A DNA stretch of 64,000 nt, from contig NC_134028.1 in NCBI RefSeq assembly GCF_964204645.1, forward strand, positions 25,974,345 through 26,038,344, read 5' to 3'. The DNA comes from Tubulanus polymorphus (Eukaryota > Animalia > Nemertea). Every line of letters starts with the position of its first letter. The stretch's first letter is position 1. The notes below the pieces were generated by a model that was not told where the DNA came from, did no database searches, and saw only the letters and a list, made by a program, of their open reading frames with translations. The translations under genes were made by a program, and so were the position numbers. This document shows positions 1 to 13,900 of this stretch, piece after piece.

Positions 1-343
1 GAGTTGGATAAATACGATGTTTTATTCAATGGTCAGTTGAAAATTCACTGTAGATAGTTGAATAGCCGATACACCAAAAAAAAAAGATGTCCTATTTGGA
101 ATAGAATTATGGGTTTGCAAATCATATGCAAGGTTATGATAATGAGGTTCGACTAGAAATTTATGAGATAAGAATTTTTTATTAATGAATGCCACTAAGA
201 TTCAAATTTAACCGTTTTAAGCTTAGAATTTTTTCTTGGAAACCTGACCCAGTTGTACTATCGTTTTTCACGTCATAGTTATAGGATATCTTGGATTTCT
301 CGATATTCCGAGCATTGTCTCTATATATGGCTGTTGTTTACAG

Positions 344-3300
344 ATATCAAAGCGAAGATGTCTGAGAAAGATGCGGAAATCAGCGAGTTGAAAATAAAGA
401 TCGATGAATTGAATGTAACGATCAGTCGAGAGATACAAGAGAAGTCAGACGTGCAAACACGATATCAACAGAGAATCAAAGAAAAACAACTAGAACTCGA
501 ACAGTACAGAACGTAAGTGTTGCAATTCCCCGTTGTATTTGGCTAAAATTTGTAATCAGTTCATTTCTATAGCTGCCAGGTCTTTTAACGTTATCTTGAT
601 CATGGTTTTAAAAAACGATGTTGCCTCTTGCATTGTGATGATTTTTGTTATTTTGTCATTATTATTCAGGAATAAAGATAATGAAATAGACGTCGAACGA
701 GCTGAACTAGAGTCGTATAAACGAGAAATCAACAGACGCATGTTGGAACTAGAACAAGAATTAGAAATACAAAAACATGAATTGAATGCCGGTTAGAAAA
801 TTAATAAATCTTATTTCCAGGCGTCCGTTGCACAGTCGAGGCTTACATCTAAGACCAGTCTGAGCTACATTCCCGATCTAACATCTTAGGACTGGTCTAA
901 GGTCATTTACCGCTCATAAGCAATCTTATGACTTAAGACGAGTGGAAGCTTATTTTGGCTCTATAGCCAATCTAACAACCAGGCTCATTCCAGAGACTTA
1001 TTTCACAACTGCTCTGGGGTCCAGTTCCACAGTTCCGAGTTAACTCATTGAAAATGAACTAACTTTCACTCAGATTTGTGGAACTGTGGAACTGGGTCCA
1101 GGTTAACTTCTTATCTGGTTCCAGAAGTTAAAGATAAGAACAATATTTGTTTGCATATTTTTCTAGGTTTTGATGACGTTTTGAGAAAACGTGAGCATGA
1201 GTTTCGTTTGAAAGTCGACGATCTTTCCAGCCAATGTCTGTCTTATGAAATCAAAGTAAGAAGCTTAATTCATAACTCTGAAAACAACACAATTCCTTGT
1301 TATTCCTTCAAATAGCCTCGGATTAATTTCACCAAATTCTAGGTGAAGTTATTGACAAAAGAACTTGAGTTGGTTAAGAATACCGAAATGAAAAATGCTG
1401 AGGAGATCGAAGCGATCGGTAATAATCATTGTGAGTTAGAGAAAAAACTCAAACAGAAGGAATGGGAACTTCAAGATACATCGGCAATTAAAGATGCCAA
1501 GTAAGTTCAGATCTGCTATGGTCGATTGAAAAATTATGTACAGGGTAGATAGGTGGGCAGCTGGGTCAACTTTTAAACTCAGAAAAGAAGAGAAACAAGC
1601 CTTATCGTACCATTTATCTGATGGTCTACTTAACCAACTTTTGAGTAAACTTTTGGTCCCCGAGTTAGATTTAACTCTTGGGCTAATAATCAAATGTACG
1701 TAGTTCATTTTCAAATACATGATTGTATTCATAATCAGCGTCAAACATTTACATAACTCTCACTGGAACCGCGTCCTGGTATTTTGTGAATTTCGCGCAA
1801 TCTTTTTGAAAATTCATTTCTAAAATTTTTTAGAATTGCCGAACTCGAAGGTAAAATACATCACAGCGAACTTACAGTGAAACGTATGAAAGAGGAATAT
1901 TGTAGAAAGTAAGTATATGTTACTGGCAGCAAATTTGTGATTCAAAAAATGCGCATTGTGGCCTATAACCGTATGTATTTCATTAAGAGCAATGATATCA
2001 TGAATTAAAAGTAGATTTCTGGTGAACATAAAGCGATATCAATGCAGGACCTAGGTTTTAACATAGATTTGCTAGATTCAATTTGATTTGAGTTTTATGG
2101 TTTTAGAGATTATTTTGGGAATATCCGGGAGGTTTATTTGTGCAGGGTGGCCTGGAAAACTGACCTGGAAAACTCAGGGAATAAAACAAATCAGGGAAAA
2201 TTTATGGATTTTGCAAATTTACCAAAAACCTGGAAAAATCAGAGAACTCTGATAATGCTATTGACGACACGTTTCTTCATCAATACGTTATTCATTTGAA
2301 AATGAATGAATTGTAACATTTTAAATCTAGACATTTCTCTGATTCACTGGAAAATGGACGGGATAATTGGCTGTCACTGTGTTGTGTTTACAAGGCAAAC
2401 GCAGAACTCTAGTTGTGTATTTATTTTCAGACACGAAGAGTTGGACAAATTCGCGAGAGAAAAAGACGTCGCGGTGAAAGTTTTAAAAGATTCGAGTGAA
2501 GACCGCGAACGTTCGTTACAGGATACGATTCGTCAGTTACAGTCGAAGGTCGAGGGACTCGAAATCGAAAACCGACGTCTTCAGTGGACGAATCAAGATT
2601 CGATGCAAGTAAAAGAGAAATCTATCGAAAGGTGAGAGCTGTCTATCGATGGTCAGGCAGGTCAACAAGATTTTTTGAGGGTTCGAATTGGGGCCTAGGA
2701 TTGGGAACCGGCACGCTGAAGGCATGGGGCAAGGCTTGAGAAATTGGGTGCCATGGAAGGTTTTTATTCACGCTTTAATGACAGAATAAGGGTGGCCTTA
2801 ATTTCTTTTCTTTAAAAAAATCAGGGGAAAAAGCAAGTCTGATAAAAGTGGCCACTCTGTAGAATTTCTGTTTATTATGATAAGTATTATACATGTAATG
2901 TTAGTATTATGATTATTTGTTTGTCAGGTTACAGGAAGAATTATCAGATATGAAATTGCGCTGGGATCAACAGTTAGTAGATCAGGCCCGATCCCGTGTC
3001 AATCTAGACGTTGATTTGCAACAGCTTAAAGAAGAGAATGAAACTCTGAAAGGAGAACTTTTACAACGTAAAGAAGATTTAGAAAGGTCAGTCAGTTTTT
3101 GCAGAGACAGTAAGAGAGGCACCTCCATCAGCAAAATCAGTCTGTATTAGGCATTGTATTAAAGGTTTAGTTGAATAAACATGCTGGAAATCAGGGAAAG
3201 TCTGGGAATTTCTTTTTCCTTAAAAAGTCAGGAACTTCGTAAAAAAAGCTAAAAATCTGGGAAAAGTCAGTAGAATTTGTCGAGATTACTAGATAACTGC

Positions 3301-6300
3301 CCTCAACTCAGATATGATCTACGCGGATAACTGAATCTGGGAAGTATAATGACATTGTATACAAACTATATCATCTAACCAGGAGATCTAACATTGGACA
3401 AAATTTTTACGGTCCCAAAGCAAGAATGTAACTATTTTCATGCTGGATGTAATGAATCAACTCAGTCATAATGAATAGATATGCTACTAGTCTCCTGAAG
3501 TTTACAGCCCATCTAATTTAGAAATGAAACGGTTATTTCAGGTATCGTAAAGATTTGAATTTAGCGATCGAACGTCAGGCGTCGTTAGAACGCGAGAAAG
3601 CTCAACTGGAACTCGACTGGCAGAAGAGATTCGAGGATATCGACCGTCATCAGTACGATAAAGCTGAGGACCTCGTTCAGAATCTGACTAAAATGAGAGA
3701 TGAAGTGAGTAGACAGCATCCAACTGTTGGAACAGGGTCGAGTTCCTTGAAAATTTCGAAAATCTTTAATGAATTGAAATTTGGTCGTTTATCAGTTTTG
3801 ATTTTGTGGGTGACACTGGGCTCAGGGTTCAGATACACAAAAACTATTCATTCATTTAATTTCTTCATTTATTCAGCTTATGTTGAATCGATGTATGAGT
3901 CAGGTACCGGTAATGAATTTTTGTGGAATTGGACTCAGAAATTTACGAAAGGTTCCTGTAGTTACTTAGGCTTCTAGAATCTAAATTTAGTTATCTTTGC
4001 TAAATTAAGGCCACCAGTTAACAGTCATCTTATGGAAAGTATTGATCAATTGATTTGCAGGCGAAAAGTGAATTGAAAGTTGTAAGAAGAGATTTAGAAC
4101 ATCGTGAGGATATGATTCGTACGTTAACTCATGATCGCGATGTCGCGTTAACAACTCTTCAACAACACGGATTATCTGTCGATCAGAATGTAGTCGTAAG
4201 TCGTTTTATAAGTCGGAAATGTACACTGCAGTGGTAGCTTAATGTAGGTATCACGCGGCTGCCTGCACCTTATCTCGAACATTCTACAACCTGATCCCTG
4301 CAGCTCCTCAGAAATTTAGCTGCTTCAACCTCACAGCTCCTCAGACATTCTTCCTCCTGGACCTAGCACCCCCTCCCCACTTTATCCCCATTCTTCCATG
4401 TTCTCACTTGAGACATTTTGGACTGGAACTACAAACACCAGATATGAGATATTTTATCCGCACACTTTCAAAAACTGATCACCAGAGAATATAATGGTCA
4501 TCCACTCTTCACACTAAAATGATATATACCTGGATACTCTGTTTGTTTGGTTTTACGTAACTTGGATCTTGGTTTCCCAAGACTAACCCTATTGGATTGT
4601 TCATCCAACCTCACAACGGTAACTGATTTATTGTTAGATGTGTTTTTGTTATTTCAGTTGGAAAGTTTACAGTTTATTCCGCGGTCGGTTGAACAACAAA
4701 TCGTTGAGTTACAGGAACAAAATGAGAATCTCGTTTCGGTGATTCGACAAATGAGAACTGACATGGAAGATCTAGGAGGTCAGTTGCCGAGCAACCAGGC
4801 AGACGGAGATCGAATCCGTACGGAGAACGGTCGAACCGACGAATTGGAGAAAAAATTGAATTCGATGAAATCGGAAAACGAAGCTTTGGAGCAAAAATTG
4901 AGAGACCGTCAGAGAATACCAGCTGCAGTGTCTCCTATCAGTAATACAGATGTATTCAATGAGATAGGAGATAATCTATTAGTTCGTACACATGTTCAAT
5001 CGCTCAACGAAATGATTGGTAAGAGAAAAAGTTGTGGGAGACCTTGGTAAATTACCTGTAGTTCATTTTCCATTAGAACAGCTAAATCAAATCAAACCTA
5101 AAAATTGCTGTGGAATTGGGTTCAGTTTCATGAAAAAGTTTAAGTTTAAAACGATTAAGTTTGAATTGCTGTCCACATTGAACAACAACGACTGACTAAA
5201 CCAAAGATTTCAGTTAAACTTCTTCACAAAAAAAAGGGTTATGTTCAGTAGAAATGTTTAATATCCTCGGATGTTTGTATGTGTTTTTGTTGTAGGGGTT
5301 CTCAGAGGTGAGAAGGTCGATTTGTCGGCGCAAGTGAAAAAACAACAAGCTAAAATCTTTCATCTCGAAAACATGGTGTCTCAACTATCAAAGCAGGTAT
5401 AGGGCACAAATAACATGATGCGCTTTTCTGCGCATTGTTCTCTTTTACCTTTAGAAGCACATGTTCCATTTTAGAATCCGAGGCTACAGTTTGCTTACTG
5501 CTGTTTCTCTCAATAATCCATGTAAAGAATATTGATATTTGAACATTTGATGTGAAAAAGTTTGACAATTCTACTAGACACCGATCTAATTCCTGATATT
5601 GCGATAAAAATCATTTTCGTTTCATTCATTTTAGTTTTTACTGTTTTTCGGCCAGTTACAAGAAATATCTCTTTATTATGATTTGTTTATTTGAAGCCGC
5701 GCGAAAAACAAGTCGAAGTTGAACAGTTACAGTACGAACTCGGCGCTCAACAGCGAAGAGGACAAACAGAGAATTCCAGTTTGCGACACCGTCTCGGCGA
5801 AATCGAACTAGAACTGGCGGAAACGCGTAAAGAGGCCGATGAATATTTTCGCAGTAATCTCGAACAAAATACGGAGGTTACAGCTTTGAGAAATGAGGTT
5901 CGTTTACAGCGTCTGGTTCTGTGCTCTCAATCAAGCTCACTTAAAACAACCAAAATAGTAGTGACTTTAGTAGTACCGGTACATGTAATCTGACTCGGAT
6001 GCTTGTCAAAATATTTGGTCCCTTCTTATGTCATTGAGCTGAAAATTGATATACGTTTTGAAGTTTGAAAGATTTTGTTTTAGTACAACCATACAGTTCA
6101 GTTACTAAGCTGAAATCATCTTTATTTCTGACAGATTTCTGACTTGAAGATGAAACTTGCAGCGAAAAATCCGTCGATCAATTTTGGAGCTCAGGTACGC
6201 ATTTTTAGCTCAGGTATTTAGTTAAGAATCTTACTTTTTAGAGCTCTTCAAAGACCAGTCTGCAGAGTAATTCGTAATATGAAAAATGAAAAAACTAAAA

Positions 6301-8449
6301 TGCATTTGTATTGACAGATTTCAATTGAATGTATTCCAGTTTAAGAACATCGATTCTGTATAACCAATCAAAACCTGCCTTAGTTTAGAATTAGTGGAAC
6401 TGTTGTCATATAGATTTTGTTACATCTTTTTTGTCGTTGTTTGTTAAGGAGTTGGTAATACAGCAATTGGAAGACGAACTATCTCGCCTACGACACAGAC
6501 ACGGTCTGCACTCGGCTGCTGCAGGTGGTTCCGGCACAGCCGCTCAAAACACGGTCGTACAATTACAAGATAAACTACGTTCGGCAGCGAAACACATTCA
6601 TCAGCTGGCAAAAGAGAAACAACAATTGATTGAAATCAGTAATAGAATGAGAAGTGAACTCGTTCGTGCTGGTAAGGAATGAACGGTTGTCCGTGTGTAT
6701 GAAATTTTGTCACTCCATTCTTCCAGCAGGATCCCTACGACTCCTTGATTCCTTAAAATATCCTAGCCAGAAAATGTTTTAAAGGTCTTGAAACTCCTTT
6801 AATTTGAGGAAAACTGCCTAAAACTCTTTCAAAACGGTTTCAATTTCGAGAAATAGGCAATTATAAATGTTTGTTGTTGTTCAGTAAACTACGCCTACAC
6901 CAATTAAGTCGGGACCAGGATTTAAGAAAAGGGGATTCATTTTAAACCATTATTAAAGTTCACAGTTTGTGCTGCTCATATATGAATTGAATATATTGTA
7001 GGAATACCTTTACCCACATCTCAGCCTACTAAAGAACCAGATGCTCCTGTAAGGCGTTATCAATTCACAACTCCTGCAGTGAAGGATAATAGTACAGATG
7101 TCGGTTTGATGAAACAAAGATTTGAAAGTAAACTCGGACAGCTGGAAAAGTTACAATATGAACTTACTAAACAGGTACGGGATAATGATAGATTTCCATC
7201 CATATTATATAATACCGCTGAAAACATGTACAGCTTTGGAATATATTTGAGTTTGTGTCTGTGATCTGCTGCGTATTTCATTTCGTAGGAACTGGCCTTT
7301 GCTCAGAAGAAACAGCCACTAACTCAAGTCAGCGTCGACGTAGCCTCCAGTTCTGATGTCGATGATATTCCTGGTATACTAAAACACTCAAAATACCGTA
7401 AGTTTAAATAGTTTTTTAGCAATATTATCGGGCTGGGTTACCGCATTTCATGGTCAACTGAGAAAACTAGTCCAGTTTAAGTTAAAACCAATCTATAAAA
7501 CCAGCTCCTGAGGTCAGTTTTATAGACTGGTATCAACTTAAACTCAGGGGCTAACTCAATTGAAAACAAAATGAGTTAACCCCTGGGTTAAAGTTGATGC
7601 CAGTCTATAAAACCGGTATTTCTCTGATGAATGTTTTTTCGCTATATTCAAGGATCGAGATCTGACGATGCGACGAAAAGATTCGGTGAAACTCAAAGAA
7701 CGTCATCACCTGCAGCAACTATGGATCCGCTACAGCTGACGTTATCTTCAGTCGGTGGGGAATCAATTCAAGACGTTTGGAAGATGTTAGACGACGGACA
7801 GAGTATTTTCACATCGCGTGGAGAACCATCGCATACAGGTATAGCAATTACACGCATGTGACCCCTTTGTCTCGGATCTCGCAGGACCTGTGATTTTCTC
7901 CGGGGCAGCAAGCAAATTCTGGGGCTGTCAGAGTGATGATGGGTTGAATGAACTGAGTGGGAAAATATTGAGCATTTGGTCATGCGGGGCTGAGGCAATC
8001 GGCTCTGTGGTGAGCACAGTCTAATGTAGTCAGCGACCTGTTGGAGGAAACTATTATCATCAGATATGGCTTATACCAATTGTGATTTGTGAAAATATCC
8101 GATCAGGAAACCAAGCCACATTCCGATTACTTGCCTATTCATCTACCAGTGATCGTGTCTTAAAACTTTATTTCGAAGGTACTATGCTGTTTTTTAATCC
8201 AATTTACCGGGTTTGATTTCAGCTGTTCCCGTAGAAAGTAAACTGCGAGCACCAGTAGAGTCACAACCTCGGGTCTTAACTCAGAATATCGGTAGTGGTT
8301 CTAGCTCAGGAACGATACAGTGGACGGTTAAAGGTCGACCTTCGCGGCTCGAAGAGAAACAATCGTCGAAACAACGAGTTTCCGATAAAACTCTCGGAAA
8401 ACTGAGAAAAACAAAACCCAAAATAAGGAACTATAATGCGAAAGACTAG
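344..8449 (+). CDS. CCDC57: Coiled-coil domain-containing protein 57, 5'-partial, multi-exon
   Basis: GT-AG exons join in frame (e.g. 344-512, 670-791, 1167-1255, 1343-1500, 1834-1908, then about 2431-2631, 2928-3086, 3542-3704 and onward; last exon ends at the stop at 8449). Long heptad coiled coil. Segments FDDVLRKREHEFRL, LAIERQASLEREKAQLELDWQKR and C-terminal KPKIRNYN match my recollection of CCDC57. Confidence 0.85.
1018..1098. mobile_element. Harbinger/PIF-like MITE
   Basis: ggtccagttccacagtt ... aactgtggaactgggtc inverted termini; same family as 49172-49276 and 56918-57026. Confidence 0.7.
7512..7618. mobile_element. Palindromic MITE of a related subfamily; partial copy at about 30578-30680
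   Basis: gttttatagactggtatcaacttaaactcaggggctaactc / gagttaacccctgggttaaagttgatgccagtctataaaac long imperfect inverted repeat. Confidence 0.7.
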
Positions 8450-9801
8450 TTGAAAGATACAGTCAACTTAGATTAATCCGTTATCACAGGACTGATGATA
8501 TTCTATGAATTATCCATGTATTATGAAGTACAGGTAGAAATGTACAGGGAATGATATTACTTACACTGGACCGATCTGTATATAGATTAACTGAGGTGAA
8601 CCTGTACATAGCATTTACATGTTTGGCTGGTTCCAAACTGATATATTTATGTATGCAGATAGTAATTAGTTTACACAGCCGAGCTGTTTTTAATAAATAC
8701 ATATATACGCAATATCGTCACCATGTTCATTCAAGATGGTCGATCTTTCATGTAATTATACGCCTATGGTGGTTGGACTATTTGTTTTTGAAAGTCCACG
8801 TGTTTAACATTATAATTCCTCGAGCACTCCTGGCATTTTGTATGAGAATATATATGATTGACTTTATAATTTGTCATTGGTTTAGTTAAGTTTAATTTAT
8901 AGCAAATCCTGGATTGAGGCCTAAATCGTTTTAAGATAAATTGAATGGATTTTAAGAGTTAAACCTTTTCATGAAATTCCAGGGTCCGATTTCATAGGCT
9001 GAGTATCGCAAGTTATCCCTATTATGTGTAACATCTGGGTGAAAACCACCATAGTTAGTACCGTAACAATGAGAAACGGTTACTTTGACAAATTTCAAAA
9101 TATTCCCTGGTATTACTTTTTCTTCCACTATGAAACCAAGCCCTGTGTTTTATTCTTGCAATTTACTTCTTTTTTTCAAACCAAAAAATTATCCCATCAA
9201 GACCAGCTTTTACTGTCATGTCAAGAAGGTGTCTAGGTGAAGGTGAAGACTACGGCCACGACATTGCACATTACACTGGGCCGTTGACAGTTGTTCACGC
9301 TCAACTGGCAACTATCAACTGGCAATGTCGTCTCAGGGCTTCCATATTTAATTACATTTACTACTACTATTAAAGCTAGAGAATATCGAACCTCAGTCCC
9401 CCGGCAGCCCGTTATTGGAAAAGTCTTGCCCGCAATCAAAACTTTAGAAAAGTCCGGTCCATTGGTCCACAGTTGCACATAGATGGCGCTTTGCGAGGTT
9501 AGTCAATTCAATAAAGTTTATTGCAAATTATTACGATGTACATAGTCCGCTGTGAAGGATACGATACGTTGTGAAGAAGTCAATACAAAGAAACATAATT
9601 GAAGGTTTAACATGAGTTAGCAGAAAGAAATTAGAGGGAAGACGTCTAAAAGTAAATAGGGCCTACACAAATTCAAACCCAAGCCAAAAATGACCGATTC
9701 AGTCAGACAGAGTGAGAGTGAACATTGTTTCCTCCTCTGCAGTTTCAACAAGAAAAACCGAATTCGAGTTCATTCAGCAGCGTTTACCTATTCCGTTTCA
9801 G

Positions 9802-10494
9802 ATGACTGACGAACCGTTCTGGAGTCCGGAAGCCGTCGTTTACGACCCGCTGAAAATCGGAAGCATCGACGGCACCGATGAATACCCGCACGATCACGGT
9901 ATCGTACGAGCGATGAACGCGACGTATAAACCTCCGCGACACCTCGATACCGACCCGAAACGCACCGTGTTCGTATCGCGGCTCAGTTCGAACACCGACG
10001 AAAAACGCCTCGCGGAAATATTCGATAAATACGGACGAATCGTGAATTGCGTCGTTATTCGAGATGCGATTACCGGTTTCTCGAAACGATACGCGTTCGT
10101 CGAATTCGAGAACGTGAATCAAGCGTTCCGAGCTCGCGAAGACGCGAATCGTACAGTCGTCGATTCCGCAGAGATATTCGTCGATATGGAACGCGAACGT
10201 ACGTTACCCGGTTGGGTTCCGCGGAGACTCGGCGGCGGTTTCGGAGGACGCAAAGAGTCCGGGCAACTTCGGTTCGGTTGCTCGGAACGACCGTTTCGGA
10301 AGCCGTTAGATTTGAATACTGCGTCCGGTAGAAATTATAAGCAGGAATCGCGTAGAGAAGCATCGTACGCGGAAAATAATTACAACAATAGACGCGATAA
10401 TTACCATAACAACGATCAAGGGGTAAAGCGTTACCACGACGACAGAAGCAGAACTAGCGGCTCAAGAAAATATTCAAGTAACAAAAGATACTGA
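9802..10494 (+). CDS. SNRNP35: U11/U12 snRNP 35 kDa protein (RRM), single coding exon
   Basis: WSPEAVVYDPLKIGSIDGTD..PHD, RRM with RNP1-like RYAFVEF, and ERTLPGWVPRRLGGGFGGRKESGQLRFG..RPFRKP. The ATG at 9802 directly follows an acceptor (ccgtttcag), implying a 5'UTR intron. The track start at 9712 is a GTG. Confidence 0.95.
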   Translation: MTDEPFWSPEAVVYDPLKIGSIDGTDEYPHDHGIVRAMNATYKPPRHLDTDPKRTVFVSRLSSNTDEKRLAEIFDKYGRIVNCVVIRDAITGFSKRYAFVEFENVNQAFRAREDANRTVVDSAEIFVDMERERTLPGWVPRRLGGGFGGRKESGQLRFGCSERPFRKPLDLNTASGRNYKQESRREASYAENNYNNRRDNYHNNDQGVKRYHDDRSRTSGSRKYSSNKRY

Positions 10495-10970
10495 GAAACA
10501 ATAACATCGCTCGCTAAGAAGTTCATTGTTGTTCTATAAAAGCATTTTATTAGATTAAAAATTTTTAGACCATTTTATTGTATACAATTACATTAAATTT
10601 AAAAAAATAAATGTTCATCATTGAAGAAATTAAAATGCATTTAGAGTTATTTAAGTTTAACAGTCAAATTCAGGTCTCCTGACAGCTGTAGAACAGTTGA
10701 ACTCAGTTAAGCTGTCTTCTTGAATAGTTATCACATGTATTTATTTAAGACCCATTAACAAAGACCTCACTTTCAATAATTTGTCACTATAATGACACTC
10801 CCAGCTACAGGGTGGCTTCGGCCTGGACAATGATTTTACCTCTTGCTTCCGCTGGCCCCGAGCTATGATGACTTGAGCGAGTTATGCTGTATAGTGAAAA
10901 CTCTGACATGGGGATCATACATTTATAACATAATAAATGAATCGCCCCATGGCCACCTTGGACTTTCGAG

Positions 10971-13900
10971 TTAGGAGTGGTTTACTGTATTGGGTCTAAC
11001 TCCTAAACCCTTCCTCACTAGACTACTATTAATTGAAGAGATGGGAGTCTTTAAGAAACTGCTGTGTGAAGGCAAGTATCTCGTTAAAACTGGACTAGCA
11101 GAACTAGAGATTTTCTCTCGTAAACTCGTCTCCCATTGAAAGTATCCGCAGCCGCCGCTGCGTCCTGTCGGACACGCGTAGAATATTCTACCGACGTTCG
11201 GACCGGGAGTTTGTACGACTTTACGCTTCGTACGACGGCCGCATTTACAAAGAGGTGGAGTTACGTTAAACGAGTTACCAATCACGTTCGTCATATTAGA
11301 TAAAGGCGTTCGAACCGAACTCGCAGGAGTTTTAAACGAACTCACAGGAGTTTTAAACGAACTCGCAGGAGTTTTAAATGAACTCGCAGGAGTTTTAAAT
11401 GAACTCATGCGAGTTTTGATATTTGATAGATTATTGCTTGAACTACAACACGATTCCGCAATATGAGATTGATTTGAAGGAGTTTTAAATGAACTCATTT
11501 GAGTTTTAATGTTCGATTGATGATTGCTCGAATTACTGCATGTTCCCGTGAGTTGATTTCGATTTGAAGGAGTTTCAAGCGAACTTACATGAGTTCTAAT
11601 ATTCTCCGTCAAACAAACGTTATTCTTATTTCGTTGCATATCAGAAATATTCGAGACTCTTTCCACTATTTTCTCATTATCACTATCTACGAACACTTTA
11701 AACGCTGATTGTTTCGATGAACTACTAACGCCTCCTTTTATCGATTTCAAAGGTGAATATATACGACTGCGTTTCGCAGATAGTTCTAATTTTTTTGCAG
11801 TCGGAGAACGTTCGGAACGTTTATTGTAAGATTTCATTTTACTCATTTCCGGAGTCATTTTAAGCGGACTTTGAACTGGAATTCTAGAAGTCGCGTTGAC
11901 CTGCTTATTGGACGCTGCTGGCGATTTCGTTGAATTCTCGACAACTTTTCCAGAATTATTACGATCGACAAATAGATTCTCGTTCGATCTAGTAGGTGTC
12001 GGCTGATTCAGTATTTTCACTGGAACTGGAATCTTCGAAGGGCTGTTGTATGATTTTAGTACTGAGTTCAGAGATGAGCTGTGTGGCAGGGGTTGTGGTT
12101 TGAAACTCGCAATCTAGAATATGCAAAATAACGTCGAGTTAATCGTAAAGTAGGATAAGAACAGGGGCGGATCCAGGCTCAAAGAAAGGGGGAAATTTAG
12201 GGCCTTTTTCTGAACTTTGCCACCATTTCGTTGCTCGATACAATGATATTTTTGAACCTCTTCAACGGTAAGACAGCTAAATTGCCAGGACAAACTTTTG
12301 ATATTTTTTCCAATTGTTCAAGCTTGATTTTGATTTTAATTACGAAAATAATTTTTGTCGTTTACAAAATCGGTTTATGCTTCGTCAGAATAGAAAGGTT
12401 CGACGTCACCTTAAAGTTTGCAAGTATCATTGTCATTATCTATTCAGGAAGTCAAGGTTCAGTTCCACAGTGCTGTCTCCAATCTTAAATTAATTAAACC
12501 TAATCTGTTATCAGGGTCCGATCTAAGCACTTGTCCGATTGCCCGGGACAAGTATATTCCCATAAGGGCAAGTAGGTTATCATTATCACCTGTCCCCCGT
12601 GCTAGTGCAATTTTATGTCACAAAGCTTTTTCCCCACTCGATACAACGGATGATAGTGCCACCAATCGGACTGCCTGTGTAGCATAGCAAGTAGCTTTTG
12701 GAGGGGCAAGTGGAATTTCAGATATGCTGCCCCCCCCGGGCAAGTGGCTTTCATTCTTTAGATCGGACCCTGTAGTAAGTCGGAACTGGGTCACGATGTT
12801 TTCACCTATATTGTGATACGTACTGGTTGTAACCAGTTGATTCATCATCTTACCCTCGCATCAAGAGATTTAGTTATGACCATCACGCAACCATCTTTGA
12901 TCATTCTCATCACTAGATTCGCAGTGTTTATCGCATCGTCGATACCTGTAAATATAAACACGTTATTACACGATCGAGCTGAATGACTACCGTCTGCTGG
13001 CACCACACACCGACCTGAATGTTCTCTTCCTTCAAAATCTAAGCCTAAATCTTGCATCGCACCCTTTAAACCATTCGGTCGTCTTTGGTAGAATTGCTGA
13101 AAATATGAAACTTGCATTAAAAATATGCAGATTACGTAGTACCAGTCAGCAGCCTGGAAGAAGGTCTGACCCTCAAACATAAAGATGTTCAACGCTTCAC
13201 TGATTCCCGATGTTTTCGAGGATAGTAGTCACCCTGTCACACACTTCTGATCGATATCTGAAGGAGTTTGTTCCGGCCAGAAGGGAGTGGTTCAGGGCTG
13301 CAGATTGTAATGAAAACTCAGACATGGTCAACTTATTCTCCACCAGGTTAACACGACTCCTCGATAAAAATTTTAAAATAATTTGAAATAATTTTTTGTC
13401 TTGCTAATAAATTGCTCAAAACAATTTTGCCAGTCCCAGTTTGTAAGACAACTGTTTACCGGTGTAGCGGTATACTTGTATTTACCCTGTACGTCGCTCT
13501 TAAATCAATCCAACAGTTCAGCGATACCGGTTTAGACAGCTGCTTTCTTTTACATTCATATAACAGACAAACGCCGAGATCCCAATCTGTAAAATGTCCG
13601 TGGAGAATCAACTGTTATAATCGTTCAGTGAAGAAGTACGGTCACACTCATTTAAACAGTCAACTCTGATCTATTCCAGATTTATGGCTAAAATTGATAC
13701 CTCATTTCAGCAGTTGAGAGAGGCGTATGGACCCTGTAAATGTACTGAAATATTCACCTGACCATGTGACAAATGTACAAGACATTCGACCCTCAATTCG
13801 ATCTCGATTAAAGACGATATTCTTCGATTTCGAGATTTTTGTCAACCAGTTCGAAAACTTTGATAAACACGACCGTATCGGGATTCCATTTTCAACTTTT

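Noticed and set aside
6181-6220. Duplicated donor (agctcag|gta twice) in CCDC57
   Set aside because: Short local duplication; use of the second donor would shift the frame, and there is no evidence it is used.
9784-10363. Several ORFs overlapping SNRNP35
   Set aside because: Alternative-frame or antisense by-products of CG-rich codon usage.
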